A stretch of DNA of 64,000 bases from Vicinamibacterales bacterium. Lineage in GTDB: Bacteria > Acidobacteriota > Vicinamibacteria > Vicinamibacterales > CAZQMT01. Both the position numbers and the translations under genes were made by a program. This document shows positions 60,465 through 64,000 of this stretch, piece by piece. Position 1 is the first letter of the stretch, and each line of letters opens with the position of its first letter. The notes under the pieces were generated by a model, which was not told where the DNA came from, did not search any database, and saw nothing but the letters and a program-made list of their open reading frames with translations. The stretch covers positions 919,171-983,170 of the forward strand of contig CBDAOD010000003.1 in the NCBI GenBank assembly GCA_965197935.1. The letters are read 5' to 3'.

Positions 60465-63124
60465 CTGTTGAAATTTGAAGCGGCGGCTCTTCACTGGTCG
60501 TGCTATACGACCGGTGACGAAACCGAGGTGCAAGCCTCCCAGTAAGGAGCCGCCATGAAGAAGCAGTCTCGCACAGTCCCTCGCCGTCGCCAATCGGTAT
60601 CCCCGACGCCACGGCACCTTCCGTTGGTCGATATCCTCATTGATACGCAGGCCGCGCTCCAGGAGCTGGTCGTCGCGTCTGGCCTGAAGGTACTCGAAGC
60701 CATGCTGGAAGAGGATCGGGCCGCCGTCTGTGGGCCACGGTATGCGCATCAACCTGCGCGCCAGGCGTATCGAACGGGGCATACGCCGAGTCAGGTCGTG
60801 CTGGGCGGGCGGAAGGTGGCGATTCGTCGGCCCCGTGCGCGGCGCGCCGGCGAGGAGGTTCCGTTGCCAACGGCCCGGGCATTCGCGAATGCGGACCCGC
60901 TGAACCGGCGCGTGGTCGACCAGATGCTGATCGGTGTGGCGACCCGCCAGTATGCGCGGAGTCTGGAACCGCTCGGCGCCGACGTCACCACGGGGGGCAC
61001 GAGCAAGAGTGCGGTCAGTCGACGCTTTGTCGAGAGGTGGACCCCGAAATTCGGACAGGTTGCTAAGGTGGGATCCAGACCACAGAGAAGGAGTCTGGAA
61101 TGTCCCGAAAGAGACGGAACTACCCGGCTGAGCTGAAGGCGAAAGTCGCGCTGGAGGCTCTCCGCGAAGAGGCAACGATGACCGAGCTGGCCTCTCGGTA
61201 CGACGTTCACCCGAATCTGATCGCGAACTGGAAGAAGAAGGCACGCGAACACGTGCTGGCGAGCTTCGCAGGCAAGCACGAGTACCAGGAGGCCTCTCGA
61301 GCGGTCGAGATCAAGGAGTTGCGAGCGAAGGTGGGCGAGCTCGTGATCGAGTGGGATTTTTTGTCCAAGGCCTTCGGTCGGTGAGCCACGGCCGGAGGGA
61401 AACGATGGTCGATCCCGACCATGCCGCGCTCAGCATCACACGCCAGTGTGGCCTGCTCTCGATCGCCCGCTCGTCGTTCTACTACGAGGGCAAGGGCGAG
61501 AGCCCGCTGAATCTGCGGCTGATGCGGCGCATCGATGAGCAGTTTCTGGAGACGCCCTTCTACGGCTCGCGGCAGATGACGCGCTGGCTGCTGCGCCAAG
61601 GCGCCAGGGTCAGCCGCAAGCGCGTCCGGCGCCTGATGCGGCGCTTGGGCCTGGAGGCGATCTTCCAACGGCCCAGGACGTCTCAGCCGCACCCGGCGCA
61701 CAGGGTCTATCCCTACCTGTTGCGCGATCTGCCGATCACGCGGCCGAACCACGTGTGGTGCACGGATGTTACCTATATCCCGTTGCAGCGAGGCTTTCTG
61801 TACCTCGTCGCGGTGATGGATTGGGCGAGCCGCAAGGTGCTGTCCTGGCGTCTGTCCAACACGCTCGATGCGCACTTCTGCGTCGAGGCCTTGCACGAGG
61901 CGCTCGAGCACTATGGCCCTCCGGAGATCTTCAACAGCGACCAGGGCAGCCAATTCACCAGCGTCGACTTCACCGACGTGCTCACGGAGGCTGGCATTCG
62001 CATCTCAATGGACGGCAAGGGCCGCTGGATGGACAACGTGTTCATCGAGCGGCTGTGGCGATCGCTCAAGTACGAGTGCGTCTACCTGTCTGAGTTCGCG
62101 ACCGGCGCCCAGGCCCGGACCGGCATCGGCTGGTGGATGGACTTCTACGACCGACGCCGGCCCCACTCGGCGCTCAACGACCGGACGCCGGCCGAGGCGT
62201 ATACTGACGACGGGGCTGACCGGAGCCCGGGGCTATGCCCCGGTTCCCGTCAGCCCAAGGTCGCTTGAATCATGAACCGGATTCCACCTTAGCTGTGACG
62301 AAAACCTGTCCAAAGGATGGGGTCCACCTCTGTCGCGCAGACCCAGGCGCAGCTGGATGCGTGGCGGGCGACGCCGCTCGATGCGCTGGACCTGGTGGGG
62401 CTACTGATTGATGGCGTGCACGTGGGTGGACACTGTATCGTTGTCGCCCTAGGCATCGATAAAATGGGCGCGAAACACCCGCTCGGCCTGTGGGAAGGGG
62501 CCACGGAGAACGCGACGGTCTGTCAGGGGCTCTTGACCAATCTCGGCCGCCGCGGGCTGCGCACCGACCGGAGCCTGCTGGTGATCGTCGATGGCGCGAA
62601 GGCCCTCGACACGGCCGTGACCCAGACATTCGGGCGCGCCGCGCTGGTGCAGCGGTGTCAGGTCCATAAGGGCCGGAACATCTTGGAGCATCTCCCTGAG
62701 GCACAGCGGCCGTGGGTGAAGGCGGTCCTCACGCGTGCCTACACGAACAGCCACGTCAAGACGGCCAAGCGTCTGCTGCAGGACCTGGCGCGGCGCTTGG
62801 ACACTGACTACCCGAGTGCGGCCACGAGCGTGCGGGAAGGGCTCGACGAGACGCTGACCGTGCTCGGCTTGGGTCTGTCGGAGCGTCTCCAACGATCGCT
62901 CGCCACCACGAACGCCATCGAGAGTCTCCTCAGCCGAACGCGCCACGTGCAGCGCCATGTGAAACGCTGGCGCGGCGGGACGATGGTGCTGCGCTGGGTG
63001 GCCGCCGGGGTGCTCGAAGCGGCGAAGGGGTTCCGTCGGGTGCAAGGATGTCAAGATATGCCCGCGCTGGTCGCTGCCCTCCTGGCACGCGACGCGCGGT
63101 TAGGACTCGGGGAGTCGTCAGAGA
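60450..63124 (+). mobile_element. IS256-family element, interrupted by IS3 and lacking its right end
   Basis: Left end GGGATGTCCC at 60450; N-half 60555-61032 (TSKSAVSRRF) and C-half from 62332 (LLIDG, LWEGATEN, IVDG, QRCQVHK, TTNAIES) rejoin as RFVAQTQAQL. Confidence 0.9.
61033..62331 (+). mobile_element. IS3-family element (orfA 61100-61384, orfB to 62268)
   Basis: IRs AGAGGTGGACCCC...GGACAGGTT; GTCG duplication at 61029-61032 and 62332-62335; TTTTTT slip site at 61357-61362; WCTDVTY, SDQGSQF, DNVFIERLW. Confidence 0.95.
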
Positions 63125-64000
63125 TGGCGGGCCGAGGCGATGCGCGGATACTTCGAGCGCCTGGAGAACTGCCGGTATCGCCGGGAGGGCATCGGGAATC
63201 GATCCCGCCACGGCTTCGACGGGTGGCTCACCACCGAGCGGGCGATCCCCAAGAGCGCGCTGAGGGACGGCGACCTGGTCAAGGTGCTGCTCCAGGCCTC
63301 CGAGAACGCCATGGACGAGCTCGGACAGCCGTGGCGGCAGATCGGCTGGGCGCTGGAGTCGCACGGCGATCCGAATGACTGGCGGCTCGTACAGGACGAC
63401 GCGGTCGGCGTACGGTTTCTGCCGCTCACCACGCGCGACCATATCCGCGTCGGAACGCGAGAGTTCTTACGCCAGGTCGAAGCGGAGCATCCGGCCCGGC
63501 TCACGATCGAGCTCGACGCCCTGGCCACGCGCGTCGTGCTCGACGATCGGCAGCGTGCCGTCGGCGTCGACTATCTCAAGGGTGGGCGTTTGTACCGAGC
63601 GCACGCGCAACCGAGCGCGGAGGCTGGCGAGGCCAGGAGGGCGCGCGCCACGCGAGAGGTCATCCTGGCCGGCGGTGCGTTCAACACGCCCCAGCTCCTC
63701 ATGCTGTCCGGCATCGGCCCGCCCGGTGAGCTGGGGCGCGCCGGGATCGACATCCCCGTGCGGGTGCCGCTCAACGGCGTCGGGAAGAATCTGCAGGATC
63801 GGTACGAGGTGTCCGTCGTCAACCGGATGAAGCAGGACTGGCGGGCACTCGAAGGCGCTCGATTCGAGAAGGGCGACCCGCTCTACGAGAGCTGGGCCCG
63901 CGAGCGTGACGGCGTGTACACGACGAACGGCGCCGTCCTGGCTCTCGTGGCGAAGTCGGCCCAGAACCCGCCGCTGTCCGATCTGTTCTGCTTTGCCCTG
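63125..64000 (+). pseudogene. GMC oxidoreductase internal fragment: 5' end replaced by IS256, runs off window
   Basis: Read manually: WRAEAMRGYFERLENC...EVILAGGAFNTPQLLMLSGIGP...GVGKNLQDRYE; no N-terminal GxGxxG FAD motif before the junction. Confidence 0.85.

Overview
High-GC bacterial window. Gene content and protein styles suggest Acidobacteriota, Vicinamibacterales-like (inference). About 45 CDSs: transporters, hydrolases, GH63 and glycogen-debranching enzymes, RhlE, a cold-shock protein, three NHL proteins, a tyrosinase and a ruined formate dehydrogenase-N operon. There is one tRNA-Ser(GGA), heavy IS traffic (four IS701, one IS630, an IS256 interrupted by an IS3, an IS3 remnant) and a family of CTAG/TA-targeting MITE-like repeats. 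The main observation is a five-gene operon at 35547-40205 behind a MerR-type promoter. The ORF track breaks it because three in-frame TGA codons fall exactly on the Cys positions of two heavy-metal-associated (HMA) CxxC motifs: GMT-U-GG-C in a MerP-like protein, and GLT-U-PL-U in an HMA domain fused to a Cys-rich BNR propeller. Each TGA is followed by a SECIS-like hairpin. This points to a selenocysteine-based metal capture/transport system with a MerT-like permease, an outer-membrane barrel and an NHL protein. No merA, merR or sel genes lie in the window. At least seven genes carry single-base indels, mostly in G/C runs and probably long-read consensus errors, so frameshift-only pseudogene calls are tentative. 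No CRISPR array or rRNA was found.
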